From IMG/VR virus record IMGVR_UViG_3300037245_000991, positions 1-53,734 of that record: DNA of 53,734 nt; one strand, written 5' to 3'. The position numbers were made by a program, and so were the translations under genes. This DNA is from a virus. Its lineage: Duplodnaviria > Caudoviricetes. The notes below the pieces were generated by a model. That model saw only the letters and a program-made list of their open reading frames with translations. It had not been told where the DNA came from and made no database searches. Positions within the stretch are counted from its first letter, which is position 1, and every line of letters starts with the position of its first letter. Positions 18,938 to 27,326 of this stretch are shown piece by piece.

Positions 18938-19150
18938 AGAGTATGGACACAGAAGAGACAACCCCACCACTGAACGAAGCAGAGTTAGCAGCACTGGACG
19001 ATCTGTTGAGTGAGAGTGACTGTCCGTGTGGGAGAGATTGTGGGGCGAAAGTGCCAACGAAACGGAGGGCCAAATGATCCGTTACATACTAGGACTACTC
19101 ACCGGACTCCTGATCTGTAATTGGAGTCCGGTGTGGGGACAAGTGATGGT

Positions 19151-19342
19151 TTGGTTGGAGGTAATAGAGAGATGATATTAGAGATAGTAGTATTGAGTTG
19201 GTTCGCCATACTGTTTCTCATTGGTGTTGGACAATGGATCGCGGATAATAGTGACGCTGATCTGATGCTCGGGGCTATTGTTGCCCTGGGGATACCAACC
19301 CTTATCGCGTTCGTAAGTCTGATCTGGAGGATAGTATCGTGA
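19151..19342 (+). CDS. Small two-TM membrane protein (start probably the ATG at 19172)
   Basis: RBS GGAGG; two hydrophobic helices. Confidence 0.5.
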   Translation: MVGGNREMILEIVVLSWFAILFLIGVGQWIADNSDADLMLGAIVALGIPTLIAFVSLIWRIVS

Positions 19343-19627
19343 ACCACGACCAATGGAAAGAAGACATGCACGACGGGGTAGTCGCAGCAGAGAGACTGCC
19401 GTTTCCTATCGGGTTTAGTATGATTGAAGCCCGAGCGCTCCACAAATCCATCGATGCCCCCATCGACCCCGAGCGGATGAAGGACGATACAATCTTCAGA
19501 ACGAATGGGGTATGTGGGGTGAATAAAACAGAAAGAATCAACGGGATCGCTGAATCTTTTGCTACGTTAAACCAAGGTAGGGATGGGGGATAGAGCGACA
19601 AGGGGTGTGTTGTTGAGGAAATTTTAG

Positions 19628-19656
19628 TTGCATTTGTGTGGTTTATGTGTTATACT
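19628..19656 (+). promoter_or_regulatory. Sigma70-type promoter
   Basis: TTGCAT-17-TATACT with extended -10 TG. Confidence 0.7.
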
Positions 19657-19690
19657 GTATACAGAGAAATACTTTTTGGAGATCAGAGAG

Positions 19691-20059
19691 ATGAGAAAAT
19701 TTGAAGTGAAAGAGTGCGATAACAGATGGGGCGCACAGGTATTCAAGATTGTCGATAACAACCACAACTACCTACACAGTGACGGGGTTGTGTATCCCTG
19801 TGGTGAATACTGGCCCACCCGAGAACAGGCCCAGGCCGTGTTGGATAAGTTCCAGCCTGCTCCTCCGCCGCATGTCTGGACGCATGGGGATGTGTTTGAG
19901 AATAGTGCCGGTGTATTTATTTATTTTGAGCCTTATGGTGGAAAGGTGACTATCAACGTTTTACGCTCCAAAGGCTCTGGCACACCTAACATACAACTGC
20001 CTGGTTCCACCTTCCTCTTCAACATCAAGGACGCCCTCTCTGACCGAGGACTCGTCTGA
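19691..20059 (+). CDS. Hypothetical protein with WxHGDVF...TFLFNIKD C-terminal module
   Basis: Start MRKFEV after the promoter; paralogous to 20482..20988. Confidence 0.7.
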   Translation: MRKFEVKECDNRWGAQVFKIVDNNHNYLHSDGVVYPCGEYWPTREQAQAVLDKFQPAPPPHVWTHGDVFENSAGVFIYFEPYGGKVTINVLRSKGSGTPNIQLPGSTFLFNIKDALSDRGLV

Positions 20060-20213
20060 TGTTGAAGCTCCCCGCACAAGCCGTCAAGGCGACAGCCAAG
20101 AAGAAGTTCGATGCGTGGGTAGCGTCGTTGAGTTTGGCCAACGCCTTGGCGGTATCGACGGAGTTGCAACGACTACTCAAGGCTGAGAAGAAGAGACGTA
20201 AAGGGCTAGAGAA

Positions 20214-20456
20214 ATGACACCGATCACGGACCTACAGTGGGAAGCGTACCGCCTGACCAATCAGGAGGGGTTGAGTCTCGAAGACGCAGCCAAGGAGATG
20301 GGGATATCCCCACAAGAATTGAGGTACATCTTGTACTCACTGCGGGCGAGAGAACCTGACCTCTTCACCGACATCAGTAGCGACGGTAGGAGATTCGACC
20401 ACGGTGTTTCGCGGTATGGTGGGTGGTGTGAAGATCAGATTGAAGAACGATTTTAA
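20214..20456 (+). CDS. Sigma70 region 4-like HTH regulator
   Basis: ITDLQWEAYRL...GLSLEDAAKEMGIS. Confidence 0.7.
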   Translation: MTPITDLQWEAYRLTNQEGLSLEDAAKEMGISPQELRYILYSLRAREPDLFTDISSDGRRFDHGVSRYGGWCEDQIEERF

Positions 20457-20481
20457 TAGAAACGATTTAGGAGGCAGAGAG

Positions 20482-20988
20482 ATGAGAAAACTGTCAATAG
20501 ACGAAACATGGGACTACACCAAGCGGATGTGGAAGTGGGTTGCGTTTCAGGTAGAAGTGTTGAAGGATGAGCGGAGTGTGTTCACGTTGAAGAAGGTGTG
20601 GTTGGAAGAGAATGAGCCGGAGTTCACAGGAATGGTAAGTGATTGTTTTTTCTGTCAGAACCGTGTGGGTGACTGTGACACTACCTGCCCCGGATCATTG
20701 GTAGAGAAGGGCTTCAGTTGCTGCAATTTAGCCCATCACTACGAAGACCACCCCGGAGCCTTCTACCGCGAGATACTCCGCCTCGACGCGATCAGGACGG
20801 CCGTGCCACCGGAGCATCAGTGGGAACATGGGGATGTGTTCTTGCACGGTGACATCACTATGATATATCTAACCCCCTACACAGGGCCAGAACTTCGTAG
20901 TATTAGTTGTGAGTGTATGGGGTGTTGTGAACCAAAAAATTATTTACCCGAAGCCACATTCCTCTTCAACATCAAGGACAAACTCTAA
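20482..20988 (+). CDS. Cys-rich hypothetical protein with WxHGDVF...TFLFNIKD C-terminal module
   Basis: RBS AGGAGG; CFFC...C..CP domain; paralogous C-terminus. Confidence 0.7.
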   Translation: MRKLSIDETWDYTKRMWKWVAFQVEVLKDERSVFTLKKVWLEENEPEFTGMVSDCFFCQNRVGDCDTTCPGSLVEKGFSCCNLAHHYEDHPGAFYREILRLDAIRTAVPPEHQWEHGDVFLHGDITMIYLTPYTGPELRSISCECMGCCEPKNYLPEATFLFNIKDKL

Positions 20989-21524
20989 TGAAACAGATAC
21001 CAAGGTTTCCAAACTACTCAGTGACCAAGGACGGTAGGGTGTGGTCGAAGAGACGACATGGAACGCTTGGCGGGTGGATTGTATCTGCAAAAGACTCGTG
21101 GGGATATTTTCGTATTGGTCTTCGGCAAAATGGTAAGCGGCATACATGTAAAGTTCATCGCCTTGTCTTGGAAACCTATGTTGGTCCGTGTCCTGCTGGA
21201 ATGCAGTGCAGACATCTGAATGATGTTAAGACAGACAATTGGCTTGGCAATCTATGTTGGGGAACACCTAAAGAAAATATGCAAGATAGTATACAGAATA
21301 GTACCCATTATTTTTCTGGTACTTTCGGAGAAGAACACCCTCGGTCTAAACTTTCTAATCGAGAGCGACGGTTGTTGATCTATCAATATTCAACAAGGTC
21401 ATTTTCTCGAAAAGAATTGGCCACCCAATACAACATTTCACTAGCTACCATTGATACCATAGTATCAGGTAAGCGGTGGCCCTTCGTTGACGCGAGAAAG
21501 ATAAGGGAGGTTGCTCATGTATAG
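20988..21524 (+). CDS. NUMOD4-HNH homing endonuclease
   Basis: FPNYSVTKDGRVWS, VHRLVLETYVGPCP, CRHLND...NWLGNLCWGTPKEN. Confidence 0.92.
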   Translation: MKQIPRFPNYSVTKDGRVWSKRRHGTLGGWIVSAKDSWGYFRIGLRQNGKRHTCKVHRLVLETYVGPCPAGMQCRHLNDVKTDNWLGNLCWGTPKENMQDSIQNSTHYFSGTFGEEHPRSKLSNRERRLLIYQYSTRSFSRKELATQYNISLATIDTIVSGKRWPFVDARKIREVAHV

Positions 21525-23409
21525 CTGGACAACTCCAGTGCGGTACATCAGGAAGATTGGTCCCACGAAGGCAAAAGAACTCATGTCCTGTGGTATTGAA
21601 ACAGTTGGCGACTTATTAGAAAAGCAGCCACTTAGTTATATATTTCCTGGAACCACGGACATCGCTGATGCCAAGGAGGGCATGGTTGTCATCCGAGCGA
21701 AGGTGGTGAGTATCAAGCGAGCCTACGATCAGGTTGTGAAGGCGGAGATCAGTGATGACACAGGGACGATTGAAGTGATATGGTATCACAGTCCTTGGCT
21801 ACTTGAACAGCTTCGCCCTGGCACAACGGCTACGTTCTATGGCAAATACAAGAACAAGGTGCTTTTACAACCCAAATGGACAACAGTAGAGTCCACGATG
21901 GAGAATATTTATGGCGGGCAATACGGTGTCCACCATGATACGATCAGAGCAGCATTGAAGGAGGTGCTGTCTAATCTGGACGTACCGAGGATGTATAACG
22001 GTGATAGTCGAGTAGGCACATTTAAGTTGTTTCATTTTCCACCTGATAGTCGGTTACAACGAGCGGCTGTGTTCCATCTTAAAAAAGACGAAGCGTTGAC
22101 CTTGCAGACAGCCCTAGCCGAGAAGCGGAAGGGGAGAGAAGGGGTGAAGGTGCCTTACATTTGTATTGGGGGGCCTAAAACAATATCGTATTTTCCCTAT
22201 CAGTTTACGGGAGATCAGAAGAAAGCTATAAACACTATTCGTAAAAGTTTGACATCTGGTAGAGTAATGCAACACCTTGTTCATGGGGAAGTTGGGAGCG
22301 GAAAATCAGCCGTGGCTTTCTATTGTGCAATTGGTTTCGCTGAACAAGATAAACGCACCCTGATCCTGTGTCCGACTACGATACTCGCCCAACAGCACTA
22401 CGACACGTTGAGGGGTATGGGGTGGGAGGATGTTATGTTGTATACGGATTGGAAGTCCGTGCCAAAATTATTGCCTAAGATCATCATAGGCACCCACGCT
22501 TTATTGAATTGGGATTGGCTACTTGAAGATGTGTCTTTAGTTATTACAGACGAGTTCCAGAAATTCGGTGTGGCCCAGCGTGCCACTGCCCAACGTCATC
22601 ATCCTCACCTCCTCCTGATGAGTGCCACGCCGATTCCCCGGACACTTGCAGCAACGGTGTTTGGCGACCTCGACGTGAGCACCATCAGGGAACTCCCGAT
22701 CAAGCGGGGAACTGTGGTGACGAAGTGGGTGCTGCCTGAGAAGCGGGAAGCGATGTACGAGATCATCGAGAAGGAACTGGCGAAGGGGAAACAGGCGTAT
22801 GTGGTCTACCCGAGGATCAGTGGGGATGAGGATGTGGTATCAGCGATCAGTGGTCTCACTGAGATTAGAAAAAGGTTCAATTGGTGTACCGTTGAAATGC
22901 TCACTGGTACTTGTGTACCTGAACAAAAATCACAGTATCTACGACAATTCAAAGCAGGTCGTACACAGATACTGGTGAGCACCATCATAGCCGAAGTAGG
23001 TCTTGATAATTCTAACGCCACCGTGATGGTGATCGAAGGCGCTGATCGGTTCGGCTTGAGTTCCCTTCATCAGTTGAGAGGCCGTGTGTGTCGGTCTACT
23101 GATACAGCGTTCTGCTTCCTGGTATCAGAGACGAGCAACCCCACGTCCATCGCCCGGTTGGAGGTGATCGAGAAGTGCAATTGTGGGTTTACTATTGCAG
23201 AGGAAGACTTGCGGTTGAGAGGTGCTGGTGAGGTGTTCAGCACTCGACAGACAGGACTCCCCGCCTTGCGATGGTGTTCCGTAGTCGATGACTATGACCT
23301 GATGATCGAAGCCAAAGAGATAGTCAACGCCGGGTCCGTGGGATCAGGTGTGGTGGAGATGGTACGATTGAAGTATGGTGAGAGTTTAGAGTTGGGAGGT
23401 GTAGTGTGA
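21517..23409 (+). CDS. recG: RecG-like SF2 DNA helicase
   Basis: OB/wedge N-terminus; GEVGSGKS, DEFQKFGVAQR, MSATPIPRTLA, ADRFGLSSLHQLRGRV and TRG motif EEDLRLRGAGE. Confidence 0.9.
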   Translation: MYSWTTPVRYIRKIGPTKAKELMSCGIETVGDLLEKQPLSYIFPGTTDIADAKEGMVVIRAKVVSIKRAYDQVVKAEISDDTGTIEVIWYHSPWLLEQLRPGTTATFYGKYKNKVLLQPKWTTVESTMENIYGGQYGVHHDTIRAALKEVLSNLDVPRMYNGDSRVGTFKLFHFPPDSRLQRAAVFHLKKDEALTLQTALAEKRKGREGVKVPYICIGGPKTISYFPYQFTGDQKKAINTIRKSLTSGRVMQHLVHGEVGSGKSAVAFYCAIGFAEQDKRTLILCPTTILAQQHYDTLRGMGWEDVMLYTDWKSVPKLLPKIIIGTHALLNWDWLLEDVSLVITDEFQKFGVAQRATAQRHHPHLLLMSATPIPRTLAATVFGDLDVSTIRELPIKRGTVVTKWVLPEKREAMYEIIEKELAKGKQAYVVYPRISGDEDVVSAISGLTEIRKRFNWCTVEMLTGTCVPEQKSQYLRQFKAGRTQILVSTIIAEVGLDNSNATVMVIEGADRFGLSSLHQLRGRVCRSTDTAFCFLVSETSNPTSIARLEVIEKCNCGFTIAEEDLRLRGAGEVFSTRQTGLPALRWCSVVDDYDLMIEAKEIVNAGSVGSGVVEMVRLKYGESLELGGVV

Positions 23410-23645
23410 GTGAGAGAAAACTGGAATTAGACGCAGTAGTGGTGGTCTTGCCACACACGAAAAAGAGTGATCTTAAACCAGGTGATTTGGTTGTTACAGC
23501 CGAGATCATGGAAGTTAGAAAAGTGATGCGAAAAGATTTCATCGAGTGTGTTAATGTAGGTGAGCAGTGTGGGTTCATTAAACACGTAGGTTGGGGGCAG
23601 CAAGGTATAATGAAAGTGGTGGCGGGTGCAAGACGAAAAAAGTAA
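23406..23645 (+). CDS. Hypothetical protein
   Basis: GTGA coupling to recG; RBS GGAGG. Confidence 0.55.
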   Translation: MSERKLELDAVVVVLPHTKKSDLKPGDLVVTAEIMEVRKVMRKDFIECVNVGEQCGFIKHVGWGQQGIMKVVAGARRKK

Positions 23646-23656
23646 GGAGGTGTGAT

Positions 23657-24400
23657 GTGCCAGATCATTATTGTAAAAACTGTAAACACGATGGCGACAA
23701 TATTTGTGAGTTCACAGGGGTTCGCCACGACACGGGGATTACTTGTCCGAGCTTTGGGCAGAAGGAGAGTGAGATGTTTAAGGTTGGTGACCAAGTAAAC
23801 ATCATAGTGACTGATGGGTGGTTGGAAATATTAAGTATACAACCAAGGCCGGAACATGGGTTTGTTAAACAGATCGCAGCATTTGAGACTGTTACTCCAT
23901 ATTTGATAGACGTTGGCCCAAGGTCGTGGTGGTTTGCAGCACAAGACCTCGAACTGGTCGAGGAGAAGAAGGCAACACTGGGACACATAGAGGGTCACGA
24001 TCCGTTGGACAACCCCAACGCCGGTGTCACCCGCACGTTCGACAGCGGAGCCACGCGGGACACGGATCAGGGGAAGTTGGACTACGTGAAAGCTCTGTCC
24101 CCGATAGTCCTGCGTCGATACGTTCAGTACCTCGATAAGCATCGGAAACAGTCTGATGGGTCATACCGGGACTTCGACAACTGGAAGCAGGGGATTCCCC
24201 AAGAGGCGTACATCAGTGGTGGTGGGCGTCATTTTTTGGATACCTGGTTGTTGACCGAGGGCTATGCTACCGAGGACAACCACGGGCCAGTCGAGATTGA
24301 AGATGCGATCTGTGCCCAGTTGTTCAACCTGATGGGGCGGCTGCATGAGATGCTCGACGCCCAGCGTTGCAACGGGGGTGGGTCTGATGAATCCAAATAA
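23657..24400 (+). CDS. dATP/dGTP diphosphohydrolase (DUF5664-like) with N-terminal Cys-rich and SH3/KOW-like modules
   Basis: RTFDSGATRD...KLDY, NWKQGIP and RHF motifs; GTG start after AAGGAGG; second in-frame RBS+ATG at 23774. Confidence 0.75.
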   Translation: MPDHYCKNCKHDGDNICEFTGVRHDTGITCPSFGQKESEMFKVGDQVNIIVTDGWLEILSIQPRPEHGFVKQIAAFETVTPYLIDVGPRSWWFAAQDLELVEEKKATLGHIEGHDPLDNPNAGVTRTFDSGATRDTDQGKLDYVKALSPIVLRRYVQYLDKHRKQSDGSYRDFDNWKQGIPQEAYISGGGRHFLDTWLLTEGYATEDNHGPVEIEDAICAQLFNLMGRLHEMLDAQRCNGGGSDESK

Positions 24401-24752
24401 ATTCATTGAATTTGTAGAGTCACTTGAGAACAATGATCTCGATCTCTCAAATACTCGTGTGCTACATGCTGTTTTGGGTATAGCTGGAGAATCAGGAGAA
24501 CTGGTTGATCTTGTGAAGAAGTCAGTTGTGTATCATCAACCATTGAAAACTGGTTTGGTCAAAGAAGAGTTGGGTGATCTTCTCCATTATATCGCTATGT
24601 TGATAAGTGCGAGTGGTTGGACATTTGAAGAAGTAATGGAAGGAAATTCTGTGAAACTCAAGAAGAGGTATCCCAATGGTTACTCAAATGAAGCTGCTGT
24701 TGCCCGAGCAGACAAGGTAGACCGCACAGCCCCCACGCCGGGAGGTTATTGA
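24387..24752 (+). CDS. MazG-like NTP pyrophosphohydrolase
   Basis: LGIAGESGELVDLVKK...EELGDLLHY...KLKKRYP. Confidence 0.9.
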   Translation: MNPNKFIEFVESLENNDLDLSNTRVLHAVLGIAGESGELVDLVKKSVVYHQPLKTGLVKEELGDLLHYIAMLISASGWTFEEVMEGNSVKLKKRYPNGYSNEAAVARADKVDRTAPTPGGY

Positions 24753-25030
24753 TGTGGCAGGATATAATCAATGGCTCGTTTGAATCAATGGGCTGCTTCT
24801 TCGTCCTGTTGCATGTGTTGAAGCTGCTGAAGGACAAGAAGGTGCGAGGTGTGAGTGTGGTAGCGACAGCCTACTTTACATTCTGGGGTTTCTGGAATTG
24901 CTATTACTACCCTCACCTCGGTCAGTGGGTTAGCTTCGTCGGCGGGACATCAATAGCTCTGATGAACAGTTTGTGGGTAGTGCTAATTATCCACTACATA
25001 CGGAAGGAAAAACATGAAAATCTATCTTGA
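24752..25030 (+). CDS. PQ-loop/SemiSWEET-like three-TM membrane protein
   Basis: Three hydrophobic helices with a KxxKDKKVRGVS loop. Confidence 0.6.
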   Translation: MWQDIINGSFESMGCFFVLLHVLKLLKDKKVRGVSVVATAYFTFWGFWNCYYYPHLGQWVSFVGGTSIALMNSLWVVLIIHYIRKEKHENLS

Positions 25031-25604
25031 CATGGACGGGGTGGTGGCTGACTTCACAGCGGGACTGTGCGCTGCATTCAACATACCCTTCACAAACCAC
25101 CCATATTCCATGCCACATGGGTTGTGGGACTACGTGGAGTACGTTAAAAAGCACTATGGCGTGCCTTGGGATCAGGTGAAACAGGCGTGTAGTGACCCGA
25201 GTTTCTGGACTGAGTTGCCTGCGTTGCCAAAAGCGGATCGGTTATACAATTACCTGAGCACACGTCACGATGTACAATTTTTGACTACACCTACTGGCGA
25301 TCCAACGTCAGTGTTTGGTGGCAAACGTAGGTGGCTGGAAAAGCGTGGGTGGGTAATGCCACATGACAAGCGGATGATCTTGTTGGAAAAAGGTGAGACA
25401 AAGGAACAGTATGCTCGGCCTGACACGGTGCTACTGGACGATCAGGATAAGAATGTTCAAGAGTTCAGACATGGTGGGGGGCTGGCCATCTTGGTTCCTC
25501 GCCCGTGGAATAACCGACATCGAGAGTGCAGGGGCAACGATCAGTTTCAAGCCTTTGGTGAGGCTAATGCGTTGGCCCTTGAAGAATTAAAGGAGATGTC
25601 CTGA
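25014..25604 (+). CDS. HAD-family 5'(3')-deoxyribonucleotidase
   Basis: IYLDMDGVVADF, GKRRW, LLDD..KN and RPWN motifs. Confidence 0.9.
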   Translation: MKIYLDMDGVVADFTAGLCAAFNIPFTNHPYSMPHGLWDYVEYVKKHYGVPWDQVKQACSDPSFWTELPALPKADRLYNYLSTRHDVQFLTTPTGDPTSVFGGKRRWLEKRGWVMPHDKRMILLEKGETKEQYARPDTVLLDDQDKNVQEFRHGGGLAILVPRPWNNRHRECRGNDQFQAFGEANALALEELKEMS

Positions 25605-26296
25605 TGAAAACACTCGTGATTGGAGACCCACATGAACCAGTTTGCCACCCTGGATACCGTCCGTGGTGCAGACACTTACGGAACAAATTCAAAACAACCA
25701 AAACAGTCATCATGGGTGACATCTGTGACCATCATGCAATCAGCTTCCATGCTGCGAACCCGATGTGTCCTGGTGCTGATGATGAGCGCATACTCACCAA
25801 GCACAAAATAAAAGGGTGGTACAGGGACTTTCCAAAAGCGATTGTTACTATAGGCAACCATGATGCACGGGTTATCCGTTTGGCTGAGTCAGTCAGCATT
25901 CCGTCCAAGTACCTACGCAATTACAGCTTTCAATGGAAGACCCCGAAGTGGAAATGGGTGGACGACATCATCATCGACGGTGTGTTCTACTTCCACGGCA
26001 CAGGCCGGAGTGGGTTGTACCCGGCATTCAACGCCATGAAGGACAACCTGATGTCCACTGTGATGGGCCATTGTCACAGCCAATCAGGGGTTAAGTGGCG
26101 AGCGAACCCCAATCAGAGGACGTTCGGCATGGATGTGGGTTGTGGGATCGACGTGACCGCTTGGCAGTTTGCCTATGGTAAGCACATGCGATCCCGTCCA
26201 ATCCTGTCTGCTGCTGTGATACTGGATGGCACACCTCAACACTTCATCATGCCTTGTGGGCGTGGTGAGAGATGGCACAGATCGAGGTTCGAGTGA
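25604..26296 (+). CDS. Calcineurin-like metallophosphoesterase
   Basis: GDPH, MGD, GNHD, FHG and GHCH motifs. Confidence 0.9.
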   Translation: MKTLVIGDPHEPVCHPGYRPWCRHLRNKFKTTKTVIMGDICDHHAISFHAANPMCPGADDERILTKHKIKGWYRDFPKAIVTIGNHDARVIRLAESVSIPSKYLRNYSFQWKTPKWKWVDDIIIDGVFYFHGTGRSGLYPAFNAMKDNLMSTVMGHCHSQSGVKWRANPNQRTFGMDVGCGIDVTAWQFAYGKHMRSRPILSAAVILDGTPQHFIMPCGRGERWHRSRFE

Positions 26297-26802
26297 TGGT
26301 TAAAGTTATTTTAGGTTTTCCAAATTACTCTGTTGCCAAAGATGGGCGAATGTGGAGCAAACAAAGGGCGGGTGCCAAGGGTGGTCGCATCCAAGGTGAA
26401 ACTTGTCGTGATGGACACATAAGAATGCGTTTGTTTAACCAGAATGGGTCTAAAAGAATAATGTTACACCGCCTCGTACTCGAAGCCTACGTTGGCCCCT
26501 GTCCAGAAGGAATGCAATGCAGGCATTTGAACGGGGACCCAGCAGACAATCGACTTGATAATTTGAAATGGGGGACACCTAAAGAAAATCATGCTGACGC
26601 TATCAGGCACGGGACGCATACTTGTTTGCACCAAGAGGGAGAGTTAGCTGGAAACCACAAATTGACTTCTAAACAAGTAGTTGAAATAAAGAAACTACTC
26701 ACGGAGGGGTTAACCCACAGGAAAATAGGGGTGTTATATAGGGTGGACAAAAGCACTATTGGTTTTATTAGCACAGGAAGGACTTGGAAACATGTGTGCT
26801 AA
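26296..26802 (+). CDS. NUMOD4-HNH homing endonuclease
   Basis: FPNYSVAKDG, HRLVLEAYVGPCP, CRHLNGDPADNRLDNL; C-terminal HTH. Confidence 0.92.
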   Translation: MVKVILGFPNYSVAKDGRMWSKQRAGAKGGRIQGETCRDGHIRMRLFNQNGSKRIMLHRLVLEAYVGPCPEGMQCRHLNGDPADNRLDNLKWGTPKENHADAIRHGTHTCLHQEGELAGNHKLTSKQVVEIKKLLTEGLTHRKIGVLYRVDKSTIGFISTGRTWKHVC

Positions 26803-26966
26803 GAGTAATTGCGGACTACCCGCCAGGAGTGGGGCTACCCAGATGCAGATCAGCCGGGCACACTATGATCTTAACTGTGCGTATGGCGAGGGGATGATGA
26901 CGTTCGCTGAGTATCGGCGGAAGCTACTGGAATTGAAACGTAAAGGTTTAATTAAGAGGAGATAAA

Positions 26967-27326
26967 ATGATTGAAGAACTAATAGGCAAGATACTAATCA
27001 ACATCGACAATGAAAGCGATGAAATTGTTTTTCACACGGAAGCCGGTGAAATATGGCGAATGAACCACTGTCAAGATTGTTGTGAGTCTGTTACAGTCGA
27101 AGATATTTGTGGGGATTTGGAAGATTTATTGAATACTCCGATTGTGCAAGCCTTTGAAAAAACGAACAGCGACGAAAATCCCCCCGGTGTCACACTTGAA
27201 TATCAAGACTCATTTACTTGGACCTTCTATACCTTAGCTACTATCAAAGGGACTGTCACTATCCGATGGTACGGTGAATCAAATGGTTACTATTCGGAAG
27301 AAGTCAGTGTGACAAAGGACAACTGA
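26967..27326 (+). CDS. Conserved phage protein (HxQDCCESV family)
   Basis: QDCCESVTVEDICGDL...TWTFY...RWYGESNGYYS. Confidence 0.8.
   Translation: MIEELIGKILINIDNESDEIVFHTEAGEIWRMNHCQDCCESVTVEDICGDLEDLLNTPIVQAFEKTNSDENPPGVTLEYQDSFTWTFYTLATIKGTVTIRWYGESNGYYSEEVSVTKDN

Noticed and set aside
19883-20979. Diversity-generating retroelement (TR/VR) explanation for the repeated gene ends or the diverged terminal copies
   Set aside because: No reverse transcriptase is visible, the differences are not adenine-specific and they include indels.
23657-24752. 2-aminoadenine (Z-genome) pathway
   Set aside because: DUF5664-like and MazG-like genes are present, but no PurZ/adenylosuccinate synthetase homolog is recognisable.
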